The translations under genes and the position numbers were made by a program. From Octopus bimaculoides (lineage: Eukaryota): a DNA stretch of 64,000 bases. The notes below the pieces were generated by a model. The model was given only the letters and a program-made list of their open reading frames with translations, did not search any database and had not been told where the DNA came from. Each line of letters starts with the position of its first letter. The first letter of the stretch is position 1. Below, one piece after another: positions 1-12,846 of the stretch. The stretch covers positions 52,886,127 to 52,950,126 of the forward strand of contig NC_068989.1 of the NCBI RefSeq assembly GCF_001194135.2, read 5' to 3'.

Positions 1-2776
1 ACAGAAAATAGGAGAAATGATCTGTCGATCCTTAACAAAACTAGTAGACAATCAACACTTCTAAGCAACAAGAAGAGGACAAAAATACTACGTAAATACA
101 AAGTTACAGAAGAAAGTATACCTGGGGTAGAAGAACAGCTAAAGCTAGATACCCTCGCCAAAGCACAAAGAAACCGCCGGTATGAGAAACGCCAACGTTT
201 CATTAAACAAAACAAGCAGTTCAATTCCCACCACAAAAGATTTTATCAAGTACTTGACAAAAATAAAATAGAAATCAATGCAGCACCAACAGCAGAAGAA
301 GTGGAACAATTTAGGAAAGGAATATAGTCGGCGAAGGAACAACTTCAGAAAATGTCTATCAAAACAACGAATACAGCACCTGAACAACTCTGGACCCCTA
401 TAACAAGTCTGAAGAGGTCACCCAGGCACTTCAAAAACTAAGCAACTGGAAAGCACCTAGGCACAATAAGATCCCCAACTTCTGCTTAAAATACCTAACC
501 GGAACACATAAAAAGCTGGCTGAGAAATTTAATGAGATAATAGCAGAGACAGAGACAATGCCTGAATGGCTTACGGAAGGGAAAACTACCCTAATTCCCA
601 AATCCACTGAAACGGCAAACCCACAAAATTACAGACCAATAACTTGTCTTCCTACAATTTACAAAGCCTTTACTGTAATAATATCGCTGAGAATGAGCAA
701 GCATTTAAAAGAACCTGTCTCCAGAAGAGCGGAAGGGATGCTGCAAAGACACATACGGCTGTAAAGATCAGCTACTGATCAATAAAGCTATGAAGACAGC
801 CGCAGAAAGAAAAAGAGATCTAAATATGGCCTGGATCGATTACCGAAAGGCCTTTAATAGTATTCCCCACACATGGATCCTAGAAACACTAGACATGAAC
901 AAGGTAGCACCAATAATCATAAAATATATAAACATTCCATGACTAAATGGCAGACAGTGCTACAGGTTCAGACAAAAGAGGGACTCATAAAAACCAAAGC
1001 TATCCCTATTAGAAAAGGAATACTCCAGGGAGACACTCCTTTTCTGCTTGGCACTGACTCCTTTATCTGACATGCTAAGCAGAACTGGATATGGATACAA
1101 CTATTACGGCAAAACAATCAGCCGCCTCTTATATATGGATTATCTAAAACTGTAAGTTACAAATTATAAACAGTTGGAAACATTACTGCAGACAGTACAT
1201 GGGTTTACTAAAGAAATAAACATGAAATTTGGTTTAGAAAACTGTGTCAAAGCAACCTTGAAAAAGAGGAAAACTAGTTAAGAGTAGAAAAACCATACTA
1301 GACAAAGCAAATGAAATAAGAGAATTAGACCAAAGCCAGATATACAAATACTTAAGAATCAATGAACTAGATACGATACAACACGCACAAATGAAAGAGA
1401 AGATAAGAAAAGAATACAATAGACGAGTTAGATTATTATAAAAAGAGAGAGCTCAATGCGAAAACAAAAGCAAGATAATAGGTATCAACATTCTAGCCAG
1501 TAATAAGTTATAGCCACAATATTCTTAACTAGACTCTAAATGAACTAATCAAAATAGACAGGAAAACAAGAAAAATAATGACAGGATTTAGGATGCACCA
1601 CCCAAAATCTGACATAGGAATGTTATATATACAACGTATAGAAGGTGGTAGAAGCTTTATACAGCTAGAAAACTATTACAAAATAACCACCATAGGACTA
1701 CAGAAATACCTACATCAGAAGCAAGGAAAACTAGTGCAAATAGCCACAAAACAAGAACAAAACAAAAAGCTGTTTCCAGTTTTTAAAGAAGCTGACAAAT
1801 ACGAAAAAGAAGTCATAGCACCTAACAACTATGAAGAAAAAGAAGAAACAAAAAAATAGCTGTAAAACAACTGAAATCCAAACTAAAACTGAAACGGCAA
1901 TGGATCACGATAAAACGATAGCAAGAAAAGCCACTTGATGGCAAATACTGGATTAAACTAAACCAAAAACACGTAGACAAAGCAAAATCCCAGCAATGGC
2001 AGAGTAGCTCAAAACTCAAAGCAGAGACTAAAGGATTCTTAATTACAGCACAAGACCAAAGCCTTCCCACCAGAAATTACAAAAAACATGTAATGAAAAG
2101 AAATGCAACAACTGCAGAATATATGTGATGGTGAAGAAACAATAAATCATATTGTCTCTGGCTGCCCAGTCCTAGCTAGGAAGGAATATATTCACAGACA
2201 TGACAGAGTTGGGACTTATATACACTGGAAGCTGTGCCAACACTATGGAATAAGACCAGACAAAAGATTGTATAGACCCACGCCAGAAAAGGTCACTGAA
2301 AATGAGAAAGCAACCATACTCTGGTATATTTTCAATACACACAGATAGAGAAATTAAGGCCAATAGGCCAGATATAGTTGTCAAAGATCATGAAGAAAAT
2401 AATGCTTTCTAATTGATGTATCAATACCAACAAATAACAATGTTTCTTTAAAAGAAACGGAGAAATTTTCAGAATACATAAACTGGAAATAGAAGTAACT
2501 TGAATGTGGAGTCTAAAACAGAGAGAATTCCTATCATAGTAGGCACATTAGGTACGATAAAATGATATTCAGACATATACATAACTAAAACGCCAGGACT
2601 AACAAGTATATATAACAAACAAAAAATAGCGCTACTCGGCACTACATACATCCTACATAAAACGCTTTCAATACAGTAAAAACGAGAGCATCACAACAAA
2701 CCGCAGCACATATCCAAGGCACACCGAGCTGCGCTCAGTAGTACAGTGAAAGCACTTACTACAAATAAGACTACTG
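1..2776 (+). mobile_element. RLE-type (R4/Dong-like) non-LTR retrotransposon, family A; decayed and cut by the window edge
   Basis: Frameshifted RT motifs (NYRPITCLPTIYK, DQLLINK, WIDYRKAF, KGILQGD, LYMD, HPKSD..EGGR), CCHC (CRIC..ETINHIVSGC), RHD, RPDIV, DVSIP and PIIVGTLG. Stop at 2677-2679, ~100-nt 3' UTR, then (AAT)n. Confidence 0.92.
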
Positions 2777-2792
2777 AATAATAATAATAATG

Positions 2793-2857
<65 letters not shown>
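2777..2857 (+). repeat. (AAT)n tail/target of LINE family A, running into an N gap
   Basis: Direct sequence. Confidence 0.95.
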
Positions 2858-3016
2858 NNNNNNNNNNNNNNNNNNNNNNNNNNNNNNNNNNNNNNNNNNN
2901 NNNNNNNNNNNNNNNNNNNNNNNNNNNNNNNNNNNNNNNNNNNNNNNNNNNNNNNNNNNNNNNNNNNNNNNNNNNNNNNNNNNNNNNNNNNNNNNNNNNN
3001 TTTTTTTTTTTTTTTT

Positions 3017-3480
3017 GTTCTGACGTAAAAGATGGGCTACAGCAAATATTCTGCTCAATACGACAAATTTTCTTGTCAGTTGCTTGGCTTTAACTAGTGG
3101 AGCATGTCCCTTAGTGGCTGATGATATGTGCATCTCTGATCATAAGCAGGAGTAGTGGGATAGCATCATAGCTATTTCCAGAGGGGTATTCCTTCAGGTT
3201 TGAATAATTCACCCCTTGAAACATGAGTATTTCGTCCATCATCCTTAAACGACCCTTATTCAAAGATCTTTTGAGTGGGATAGGCTGCTCGACCCGAAGG
3301 AAATCTTAACTGAGCCCTTCCTTCCTGTTTATTTTGATATGAGATCACATGTCGCACACATGTGGTTGTGGTGTATGTGCCTGGTATACCTTTAACAGAT
3401 GGTTAGTCATGCTGGATATATTGGGTTTCATATATATGTATCCCGGCGTCATTTGATGGAATGTACTGCTCTCTCACTCA
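3017..3480 (+). mobile_element. Interspersed repeat family D (no recognisable ORF), ending CTCTCACTC-(AAT)n
   Basis: Colinear with 14433-14960 (shared GAGCATGTCCCTTAGTGGCTG and GATATGAGATCAC). Confidence 0.8.
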
Positions 3481-3495
3481 ATAGTAATAATAATG

Positions 3496-3612
3496 GTTTC
3501 AAATCTTGACACATGACCAGCAGCTTTTTTAGGGAGGGGTAGGTCGATTACACCTACACCAATACTTGAGTTGTACTTATGTTATCGATCTTGTAAGGAT
3601 GAAGGCAAAGTC
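3496..3612 (-). mobile_element. SINE family 1, 3' part
   Basis: Matches other copies (GGATGAAGGCAAAGTCG; tail ...GAAACC-(ATT)n). Confidence 0.75.
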
Positions 3613-5015
3613 GTTGCAAAGGTACATATGACTCCATGGATCAATTACTAATCAACAAAGTATTTGAAAGCAATAGAAGGAAAAAAGAAGGCTCTGAACA
3701 TGGTTTGAACTGATTACTAGAACGCTCTTAGCATTGTTCCTCGTGCGTGGTCCTGGTTATACTAACTATGAGAAATTGGCACCAGTAATAAGTAAATATC
3801 ATAAATATATCATGAGCAAATAACGAATGTTTGTGCAGATGCTGATAAAAGCAGGAATTGTAAAAGCTAACGTCTTTTCCATTAGAAGATAAATATTCCA
3901 AACTTTCTCTGTTTGTCTCTCTCTCTTTGTCTGTCTCTCTCTCTCTCCCCTGTCTCTCTCTCTCTCTCTCTTCCTCTCTCTTTCTCTTCTCCTCTCTCTC
4001 CCTCTCTCTCTCTATTTATCCATGCCTGTCTATCTATTTATCTATCTCTCACTTACCAACTGAACTGATGCAAATACTATGAGAGGACAATCGACCACCG
4101 TTTGTATATGGATCACCACATGCACATTACAGACGAAAAATGATTGGAACCACTATCAGAGACATTAGGCAGATTCACAAGAGAAATTTATATGAGATAT
4201 GAGTTTCGCATCAGTAATATGCAACAAACAAACTTGAGAAGAGGAAAATTAAGAACACTGGCCAAACACAGACTTACAAGTACACAGAAACTAATGGACT
4301 AGACAAAGTACAACACATAACAAATGAAAAGCGATGTTACGGTATAAAAGAATGTTATAGCCGCGTTAGATTCATTGTGAAAGAAAAACAAAGTTAAATG
4401 GAAAAAGTAACATAATATACATCAATAATATTCTCACAGTCCCATTAATAAGTTATAGTTATATTCTTAACTGGATGTTAAATATATTAGTAATACTATG
4501 CTGAAAAATGAGTAAAATAATGGCTGCGTGTAGAATATACCACGCCGAAATATGACGCAGAAAAATTATATTTACAACAAATACAGCGAGGTACGCAACT
4601 AGAAAAAATTATTATGAAATATCCATTGAAGAAGTGCAAAAATATCTAGTAAATAAAGGATTACTAGTATATGTAGCTACAAAACATGAACAAAACCAAA
4701 TATTCCTCTGTCTTGAGGGAAACGAACAAATATAAAACAGTCGATGATATAACAGACAGCTGTGAGGCGAAAGGAGAAACTGCACCAGAAATTATGAAAC
4801 GGCTACAATCTAAAATTAAAATGTGACTATAAAATGTCATGATAAAGCTTTTGTAAACAGCCTTCGTTTTGTTAATGGCTAAAAATCTGAGCAGAGTGGA
4901 ATTAGACGAGAAAAATTTCCAACGTAGAATGTGAGGCACGGTAACCAAAGCTGAACTGAAAGTTTCTTGACTGTGACACAGGATTAAATCTTTGGTACTA
5001 GAAACCAAAAGCATG
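3613..5015 (+). mobile_element. Older, diverged RLE-LINE RT fragment related to family A, interrupted by a (CT)n tract at ~3905-4050
   Basis: Colinear nucleotide similarity to ~740-2070 (GATCAATTACTAATCAACAAAG = DQLLINK; TTGTATATGGAT = LYMD). Confidence 0.75.
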
Positions 5016-5044
5016 AAATGAGGCGGACTACAGTAACTTTGGAT

Positions 5045-5163
5045 TGTGTAGCCGGAAAGGAAAAGTCGGCCTCGGCGGAATTTGAACTAAGGACGTAAAG
5101 ACGGATGAAATGCTACAAACGATTTTGCCCGGTGAGCTAACGATTCTGCCAGATCACTGCCTT
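5045..5163 (-). mobile_element. SINE family 1, 5' part
   Basis: Reverse complement carries A-box-like TGGCAGAATCG and B-box GTTCAAATTCC. Confidence 0.85.
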
Positions 5164-5885
5164 ACTACACACATATATTAACCTTTATAACCTAAAGTAA
5201 TTTGAATACTAATAAAGAAAGAAAACAAAAAACTGCACCTTCTATATTATGAGACTACAAAAAGGAATATTAACGATTTATTTGCCGGAAGGACAACGAG
5301 TAATGAACACATTACACGAACAAATACAAAAACGACAGCGGGTTCTCGCAAAGTCAGTTATGTGAAAAAATAGGCACGAGAAACAAAGGTATAGAAAAGG
5401 CTTGAACTGAGACGTTTTAATGAGGGACAGATACGAACAAGGAACATTACAGATGCCTGACTACCAGGGTTCAATACTCTTCCTCACCTGTATTCTCTAA
5501 TCACCTTTCCTTTCTGAAAGTCATTCCTTTGAAATTTCACGCAAGCATTATCCCACGTACATTAGCTATCACAAGAGACCCTCGGCATGGTTGTCAACAA
5601 CCGTCTAATCATTTTGAAAGTACTCGTATCCTTTCTTCTCCTCAAGTAACATTGCATTTTTCCGTCTTTTACATTCCATATCAATTCCATTAGTTCTCGT
5701 TTACCGTTTTGGATGAACCTGCTTGGTGAACTTTCACTATTATTACTTACTTTCTTTTCGATTGACTTCCTTCATTTCTTTGTGGTTAATTTCTTTACTA
5801 TTCCCAGTGGTTTTTCATTCTTATCTTTTTATCCAGGATCCATCTCCTCTCTATCCTTGCAAGTCGACCGGGTAAAATAGCTGCT

Positions 5886-6100
5886 TTAATTATCTGGCTC
5901 TCTATATGCTGGAGGGTTTTTATCAGTATCCCAGCTGCCTACAGTGTTGACGATGGGCGATTCTAACAGTCTATGTATCCTGTTTCGGAATATCTTGCAA
6001 GTTGCAACTGGTAGTGTGAAGAAAGTATTGAAAGCAGTAAAAGCAGCAGCAGTGTTCTTGGTCTTCATTCCAGTGGCCAGTTGTTGTCACTGCCTTGCTA
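5886..6100 (-). mobile_element. Possible ancient hAT transposase dimerisation-domain remnant
   Basis: FFTLPVATC resembles the hAT C-terminal xxTLPVxTxxxERxFS motif; the ERSFS part is not retained. Confidence 0.35.
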
Positions 6101-6573
6101 ACCTCTCCTTTTAACGTTCTTTTCAGAGAAACTATGCATAGCAACTGAACCTTCTGCTCTGCACCACAAGTTTGATACATCGTCTCTCCGCTCCTATAAC
6201 CAAACATTATAACAGTAACTAAAATTTGAACCCAGATTTTAAAGTGTTGCGATTAGTAACTTTCAAAATATTTGCTTCAGTGTCTCGGTGTTATGAAATT
6301 AGATCATTTCGACGAATGCATTTTATTTGATATGTCCATAATTGATTCAAATACCATTAAATCATTGGAGTTGATTTATCTGATGGTAATGGCACCTTCA
6401 GAACAATACATAAGTGATTGTGTTTGTTGTTTATTTTTATTTGCTTGTTTTTTATTCACCGTTTAAAATTGATCATTAATCTCATGTAGTATTACACTGT
6501 CTAAGACTGAAACAATTCTCTTCAGGAGTCTCCGTCGTTTATACAAGCGCCATCTACATCAGTATTCTCTTGC

Positions 6574-6702
6574 ATGCATGCATGTATGTATGTATGTATG
6601 TATGTATGCATGTATGTATGTATGTGTGTGTGTATCTATGTACGTATGAATGTATGTATGTTTGTTTGTATGTATGTTTGTTTGTATGTATGTATGTATG
6701 TA
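6574..6702. repeat. (TATG)n microsatellite
   Basis: Direct sequence. Confidence 0.95.
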
Positions 6703-7051
6703 CAACAGCGGGGTTTTGTTTCGCTCTTTTATAACAGAAAAAATAAATCAGTATTCAATGCATAACTCCAAGAAAAATGTGTCTTGTAGGTATGTTCTTT
6801 TTTTCTATGACAGCAGCTAAAAAGAAACTGAGCTGTTGTTTTCGTTGTATTCTTTGGTTATATTGTTGAGGTTGTCGTATCCAGCCATGTTGCTTGAGTA
6901 ACTCTTTGCATGGAAAACTGAAGTTTCAGTCGAACATTTACCAGTCATTTAACAGGGCTGATAGTTGTGGCTTCAAAATTGGAGATAGCATTCATCGCAT
7001 TTTTGATGAATAGTCTCCCATCCCACGCTAAATTACTGCCTTGTCGTTTCG
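6703..7051 (-). mobile_element. 5'-end-only copy of RLE-LINE family C, bounded on both sides by (CATA)n
   Basis: Reverse complement aligns to 48723-49122 (GCTGATAGTTGTGGC, ATGTTCGACTGAAA, CTTGGAGTTATG.ATTGAATACTGA). Confidence 0.85.
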
Positions 7052-7063
7052 TGTGTATGTATG

Positions 7064-7097
<34 letters not shown>

Positions 7098-7222
7098 TGT
7101 GTCTGGTCCCAGCATGGCATCACAAAGCAAACAAAAACTGCTGTGTACCGTGCATTTGTACTAACATCGCTCCTTTACTCCTGTGAGACATAGACCCTTT
7201 TCAAACGTCATGTAAGGGTCCT

Positions 7223-7725
7223 TGAGCGCTTTCACCAGAAATATCTCACACACATTCCGAATGTTGGCTTGACCTTAAAAGCTCCAGACACACAGGTCCT
7301 GAGGGCACCTGATATCTTGAGTATTGAGGCGATAATGCACAAGCATCGGTTACGTTGGACTGGACACCTTATTAGAATGAAGGATAGCAGGATCACTAAG
7401 CAGATGCTATGTGGGGAACTTGTGAGTAGAAAGAGACCCCGACAGAAACTAAGGCTGCGATTTAAGGACTGGGTCAAGTCCTCATTAAACGCTTTTATAA
7501 GCAGGAGACAGACTGGGAGAGTAATACCTGTCATCGCCACAGATGGAAGAAGCATGTTATGGAGGGGGTCGACACTTGAGACAAAACGCATTCTGCATAA
7601 AGAACTTAAGATTGCTGCGCGAAAGCGCACTACTGGTGTAGTGAATGAGGAAAGCTTGGTTTGCAAGGTTTGTAGTCGTGTATGCTTGTTAAGAGCAGAG
7701 CTTATCAGCCACCAACGGAAAGTTT
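7223..7725 (+). mobile_element. RTE/BovB-like LINE, 3' ORF fragment
   Basis: RLRWTGHLIRMKDSRITKQMLCGEL...RFKD and a C-terminal CxxC...HQRK zinc finger. Confidence 0.88.
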
Positions 7726-7879
7726 TACTCATCTTCTCTATGCTGCTAATAGATTAGATTTGGAGAATTCGCGTCAGTTTATTTTGCTCTTTCTTCGAAA
7801 AAACTAATATTTCTAGGTTACTGTGTAAATTTGTAAGTACATAGTCGAATCCACCTATGATGGTAGGTTATAGACAAAT

Positions 7880-8719
7880 AATGATTGATTTAATAATAAC
7901 TGATTTAAAACGGAAACAGTGACCTTAATCAGTGCTGCTTAAGAGCATGCATTAAGAACTAATTAATTCAAATACAGAATAGACCACACAGTAGAAAATG
8001 AGAGTTGCAGACTTTTGTGGAGGGAATAGAGTAACTGTATGGCATATTACCACAAGCTCAGAAAGAATACAAGAGGCAGCATGACAACATAGCAAGGATA
8101 GTACATTTGGGCACTTTGCAACAAGTATGGACTTGACAGAGCAGAATAGTGTTACGAATATAAACCGAAAGGCATTATCGAAAATGATAAGGTAATGATC
8201 TTGTGAGACTTTATTATTCATTGAGACCATGAGATAGAGAATAGGAAACCAGATATAGGGACAATTGAGAAAGAAAGAAAGAAAGAAAGAAAAGAAGAAA
8301 GAAAGAAAGGAAGAAAGAAAGAAAGAAAGAAACAAACAAACAAACAAACAAACAAACAAAGAATGAAAGAAAGAAAGAAAGAAAGATATGCTGGATCATA
8401 GATGCAGCATATCCAGCATATGCGATAAAGAAGAAAAAATGTCCATAGATATGACAGTTGTGGTCGCTGAAAAGGTGGTAGTATTGCTAATAATTGTTGG
8501 AGCCTTAGGAACTGTAAGTAAAGATCTTGAGAAGTACATTCAGCAAATAGGGATTGCTATAAGGGTGGGACACTTGCAGAAAACAACATTGCTTGGAACA
8601 GCTTGAATACGCCGGAGAGTGCTTGATAAAAACGAAAAAGGAATGCTATTTTAGTTTACTGATAGTGAACGGCTGACTCCGTAATACATCTCCAACATTA
8701 GAAGCTGAATAAAGAATGC
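7880..8719 (+). mobile_element. RLE-LINE family B, 3' fragment with (AAT)n tail
   Basis: Frameshifted zinc-knuckle/RHD region (QHDNIARIVH), RKPDI, CWIIDA, IIVGALGTVSKDLEK, LQKTTLLGTA; tail starts at 8720. Confidence 0.88.
8267..8385. repeat. (GAAA)n/(CAAA)n microsatellite inside the LINE B coding region
   Basis: The reading frame runs in as I-E-K-E and resumes as I-C-W-I-I-D. Confidence 0.9.
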
Positions 8720-8880
8720 AATAATAACAATAATAATAATAATATATAATAAGATAATAATGATAACAGTAGCAACATTGCCGATTATAAAAATACGAAG
8801 CAAGATGATGATGATGATGATAATGATGACGACAACGATGACGCCTAGGACGACGTCGACGACGATGATGATGATGATTA
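8720..8880. repeat. (AAT)n/(GAT)n/(GAC)n compound microsatellite
   Basis: Direct sequence. Confidence 0.9.
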
Positions 8881-9261
8881 CAGGCTTGTAATAGATCTGG
8901 CGTCAATGTACTAGATGTTATAATATTTCAGAAATTTAAATCTAATTAGAGAGCTTGTATCTATTGTGATGGCTAGCATCATCTCTCTGCTGAAGCTATC
9001 AATCAACAAACGAGATTACAGAGCTGGGAGGACAAAAATTGTGAGAAATGTTTTATGGCAATAACTACTTCTGCATTGTTTTCGTTTTTCTTGCAGTTTG
9101 TTTCGTAGTTACATTTTCTTACAAATATATGTATATCTAAACATTTAGCTCAATCTTTTGATTTAATAAAACGATACATCACTTCCATGTATTATCAATG
9201 TTTTCTGGAGTTTTTCTTTTTTATTATTTATTCGCTGTGATAGATATTTCGTTCCCCTTCA

Positions 9262-9466
9262 GTATTTGTGTGTGTGTGTGTGTGTGGGTGTGTGTATGCG
9301 TGTGCGTGTGTGTGCGTGTCTGGGCGTTTGTATGCGTGTATGTGTGTGCGTATGTGTGCATGTGTGTGTGTGCAAACATGCACATTTGCTCTGAAGAGAA
9401 ATATTATGCACGTATATGTGTGCGTATGTATATATGCATATGTGCGTGTGTGTGTATGTGTATGAA

Positions 9467-9521
<55 letters not shown>

Positions 9522-9799
9522 NNNNNNNNNNNNNNNNNNNNNNNNNNNNNNNNNNNNNNNNNNNNNNNNNNNNTATATATTTATATATACATATATATAC
9601 ATATATATATGTATATATATATAAACTAATATATACGTGTATATATATATATATATATATATGCATGTATATATCTGTATGTATATATATTTATATGTTT
9701 ATATGTATATATAAATATATGCAAACATATATATATATATATATATACATATATACATATATATATACGTACATGTATGTTGATAGATAGATAGATAGG

Positions 9800-9838
<39 letters not shown>
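9262..9838. repeat. (TG)n/(TA)n/(TAGA)n compound microsatellite with an N gap
   Basis: Direct sequence. Confidence 0.95.
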
Positions 9839-11089
9839 GGAACATATGAAATTACTTGAAATGAAGCACATGATAAAATAAGTTTCTATTTACTGTTACA
9901 TGATTTTCGAAAAGTTACCAACGCACGAGGAGTAATTATTGTATATTCTAGGGAAGAATAAATAATATATTGGAGAGGAAAAAAAAATATTTCACAAAAA
10001 CAGAGATAAATCAATTATAGGTAAATTTGAGATTTTAAAAGTAAAAGAAAAAATTACGTGGAAGAAAATATATAAAACAAAATCCTCGGTAAAAACAAAA
10101 CAAAACGAAATCTTTAAGAAAAACGGAATGCTATTACAATGCTTTGCCAACACAATAGCTGAACTAGAAAACATATAAACAAATTTGATTATGAATAAAA
10201 TCTTTGGTCATTTGTTCCTTCCTTTCTTACGATTCAATCGATAAACAGCTAGAGTATGTAGACGGTTGATAGAACAAAATTTAAGTAATAAATTTCTCCA
10301 TAGAATATATTGTAAATTTCACCAAAGAATCTTGTCTGTGTTGTCTGCTTCTGTAATGACCTAAGCGTAGAAAACAAAATATAAAGGCAAATATTTCACC
10401 TGCCATGTTATCATAGTATTAAACGTTTAGAGAAACGTTTATTTTCATTAAGGACAACAATAGTCCATCCCATGTGTTGTTTACTGAGATTATTTTTAAA
10501 CTACACAACATAAGCCGACGAATCTCTCGGAAAACATGCATCCTTCGCTGACTACAATAGCAAGGCTAAATTTCACAATGTTATTTACAGCGGGAATGTT
10601 TGTTGTTCCTTTAATATTGTCCCTAAGTCAACTCACATCGTATATATTTTTTATATACCAAGCATCCGCATGCATGAATCAAAACATTAAATTTTCCGAT
10701 GTGTTCTATTTAATCGTATTATGTGTAGTGTGCCAATCTAAGTTATGTACACTCCTACATTCGCTTCTGTGCACCTGTGGCCTATAGTGAAGGATACAGA
10801 TGAAGTAAATAGACAAAACGTGAAAGCCAACCGAGTAGTCTTAGTGGGGAGGGGTTTTTGTGGGGAGGAGCATGTTTACTTGAATATGCATGAAAGGTAA
10901 GGAATTTATGAGAATCTCAGCACAGGGCAAGTAACTAAACAGACGCCTACACTGCTTCGGTTGCTTCTCATGTACTTAATGGTTCCGGTTTCAAATATAC
11001 GGGCCTGTCTGATAAAACTGCCATACTTCAAAATAGAACATGGTAGTAGCACGTAGCTTAGAGATACATACATATATATAAATAGCTGT

Positions 11090-11204
<115 letters not shown>

Positions 11205-11439
11205 TTTTACGTATTTATCAAGTATACCTCATAATTATTTTGTAATTTGCAATACTGAGCTCTTAATTCAAAATTAGAATGGATATATTTCCCAAAGGCT
11301 TATACATATGGGAAAAGTGAGACTCCGCGTACTTTTGCGCGTTTTATGTCATTGCTGGATAGAAAATAGGAAGTTATCCTTAGACTATGGATTTAGGATC
11401 GTTTCCTTTTGACCGGCACATTTAAAAAATATTTTTTTG

Positions 11440-11600
11440 TAACTAAACACTTTCAAAATTCGTATATTGGTAGGTGTCACATAAAAAATCATTTACTCTT
11501 GGCGTTTTTGAGAACATTATGTATTTTCGAAGTTATTTCGTGTTAAATTCTCGTATTTCGGTAATTTCAACAAATCAATGACGTCTATTGAGGTGAAAAC
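11440..11600 (+). mobile_element. Unclassified interspersed repeat (second copy at 63760-64000)
   Basis: Shared AAACACTTT..., AAGTTATTTC.TGTTAAA, TCGTATTTC.GTAATTTCAAC and TGACGTC.ATT. Confidence 0.7.
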
Positions 11601-11684
11601 AATTACTGCTGTTGTTTGTCAACAACAACTTCCGGTGGTGTATATTTCGTTTGTCACTGTTATTTATGACACTTGTGAAGCGCT

Positions 11685-12400
11685 CTGCCTGCTGCCAAAA
11701 ACCTCTAAAGGGTGGGTTAGGGATGGCTTGGCTGAAGATGCGAAAATTTGCGTTAAGGTTGAGACACTACTGGCTTTACCTGGATACCTGGATAGGGAGC
11801 AGGTGTGGTCATTGCACGTAAGATTCTACCTTCCACAGTTGACGTCTTTAATGGACATCAGTCCATAGATCAAACGAAGACCTAGGCTGGGAGATTGGCA
11901 AATGGAGTGCCATCAGGCACTCCAGCTAGTTTCTCGGGCGGGCAATACCGGCAACAGGAGTTCCACTGCGGATTTCTATAGTGAATTAGTGGAATTTGTC
12001 AGGCGATGTCCTGGGGGAGACCCTGGGCTTCGATAGAAATCAGTTGATCAACGTGTTCAAGAGAACTTTCGGGCGGGGAGACCTGAAAAATTACCAGAAA
12101 TCCCTGGTTTGGCAGTGCTACCGTTCGGCTTTACCTGTTCGAGGCAAGTTGTCAAGGCACGGAAGTTCTGTCTCGCCGACATGCCCGAGGTGCGGGCGGG
12201 ACAGAGAAATTATCTTGCATGCCTTCGTGAAATGTCCGGGCTGATAGCTTTTGTCGATCAACTGTTGTCAATGATGGGAAAAGTACAGCTATCAGCTGAG
12301 TCTATTATAAAGATTGTACCGTCTCCTTCCCTCAACAGAGAAAGGAAGGCTTATTTTTTCTGCGTAGTAGCCATACTGAAAGAAACAGCATGGAAGACGC
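11685..12400 (+). mobile_element. Tx1/L1-clade LINE ORF2 3' fragment (zf-RVT)
   Basis: KGGLGM(P)WL..RKFALRLR; VWQCYRSALPVRGKL...PTCPRCG..REIILHAFVKC. Confidence 0.85.
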
Positions 12401-12846
12401 NNNNNNNNNNNNNNNNNNNNNNNNNNNNNNNNNNNNNNNNNNNNNNNNNNNNNNNNNNNNNNNNNNNNNNNNNNNNNNNNNNNNNNNNNNNNNNNNNNNN
12501 NNNNNNNNNNNNNNNNNNNNNNNNNNNNNNNNNNNNNNNNNNNNNNNNNNNNNNNNNNNNNNNNNNNNNNNNNNNNNNNNNNNNNNNNNNNNNNNNNNNN
12601 NNNNNNNNNNNNNNNNNNNNNNNNNNNNNNNNNNNNNNNNNNNNNNNNNNNNNNNNNNNNNNNNNNNNNNNNNNNNNNNNNNNNNNNNNNNNNNNNNNNN
12701 NNNNNNNNNNNNNNNNNNNNNNNNNNNNNNNNNNNNNNNNNNNNNNNNNNNNNNNNNNNNNNNNNNNNNNNNNNNNNNNNNNNNNNNNNNNNNNNNNNNN
12801 NNNNNNNNNNNNNNNNNNNNNNNNNNNNNNNNNNNNNNNNNNNNNN

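Noticed and set aside
4664-5014. 116-aa hydrophobic minus-strand ORF, superficially receptor-like
   Set aside because: It is antisense to the diverged RLE-LINE at 3613-5015.
5890-6114. Plus-strand frame ...KKVLKAVKAAAVFLVFIP resembling GPCR TM6
   Set aside because: Motif spacing is wrong, there are no flanking TMs or splice sites, and the minus strand fits a hAT remnant at least as well.
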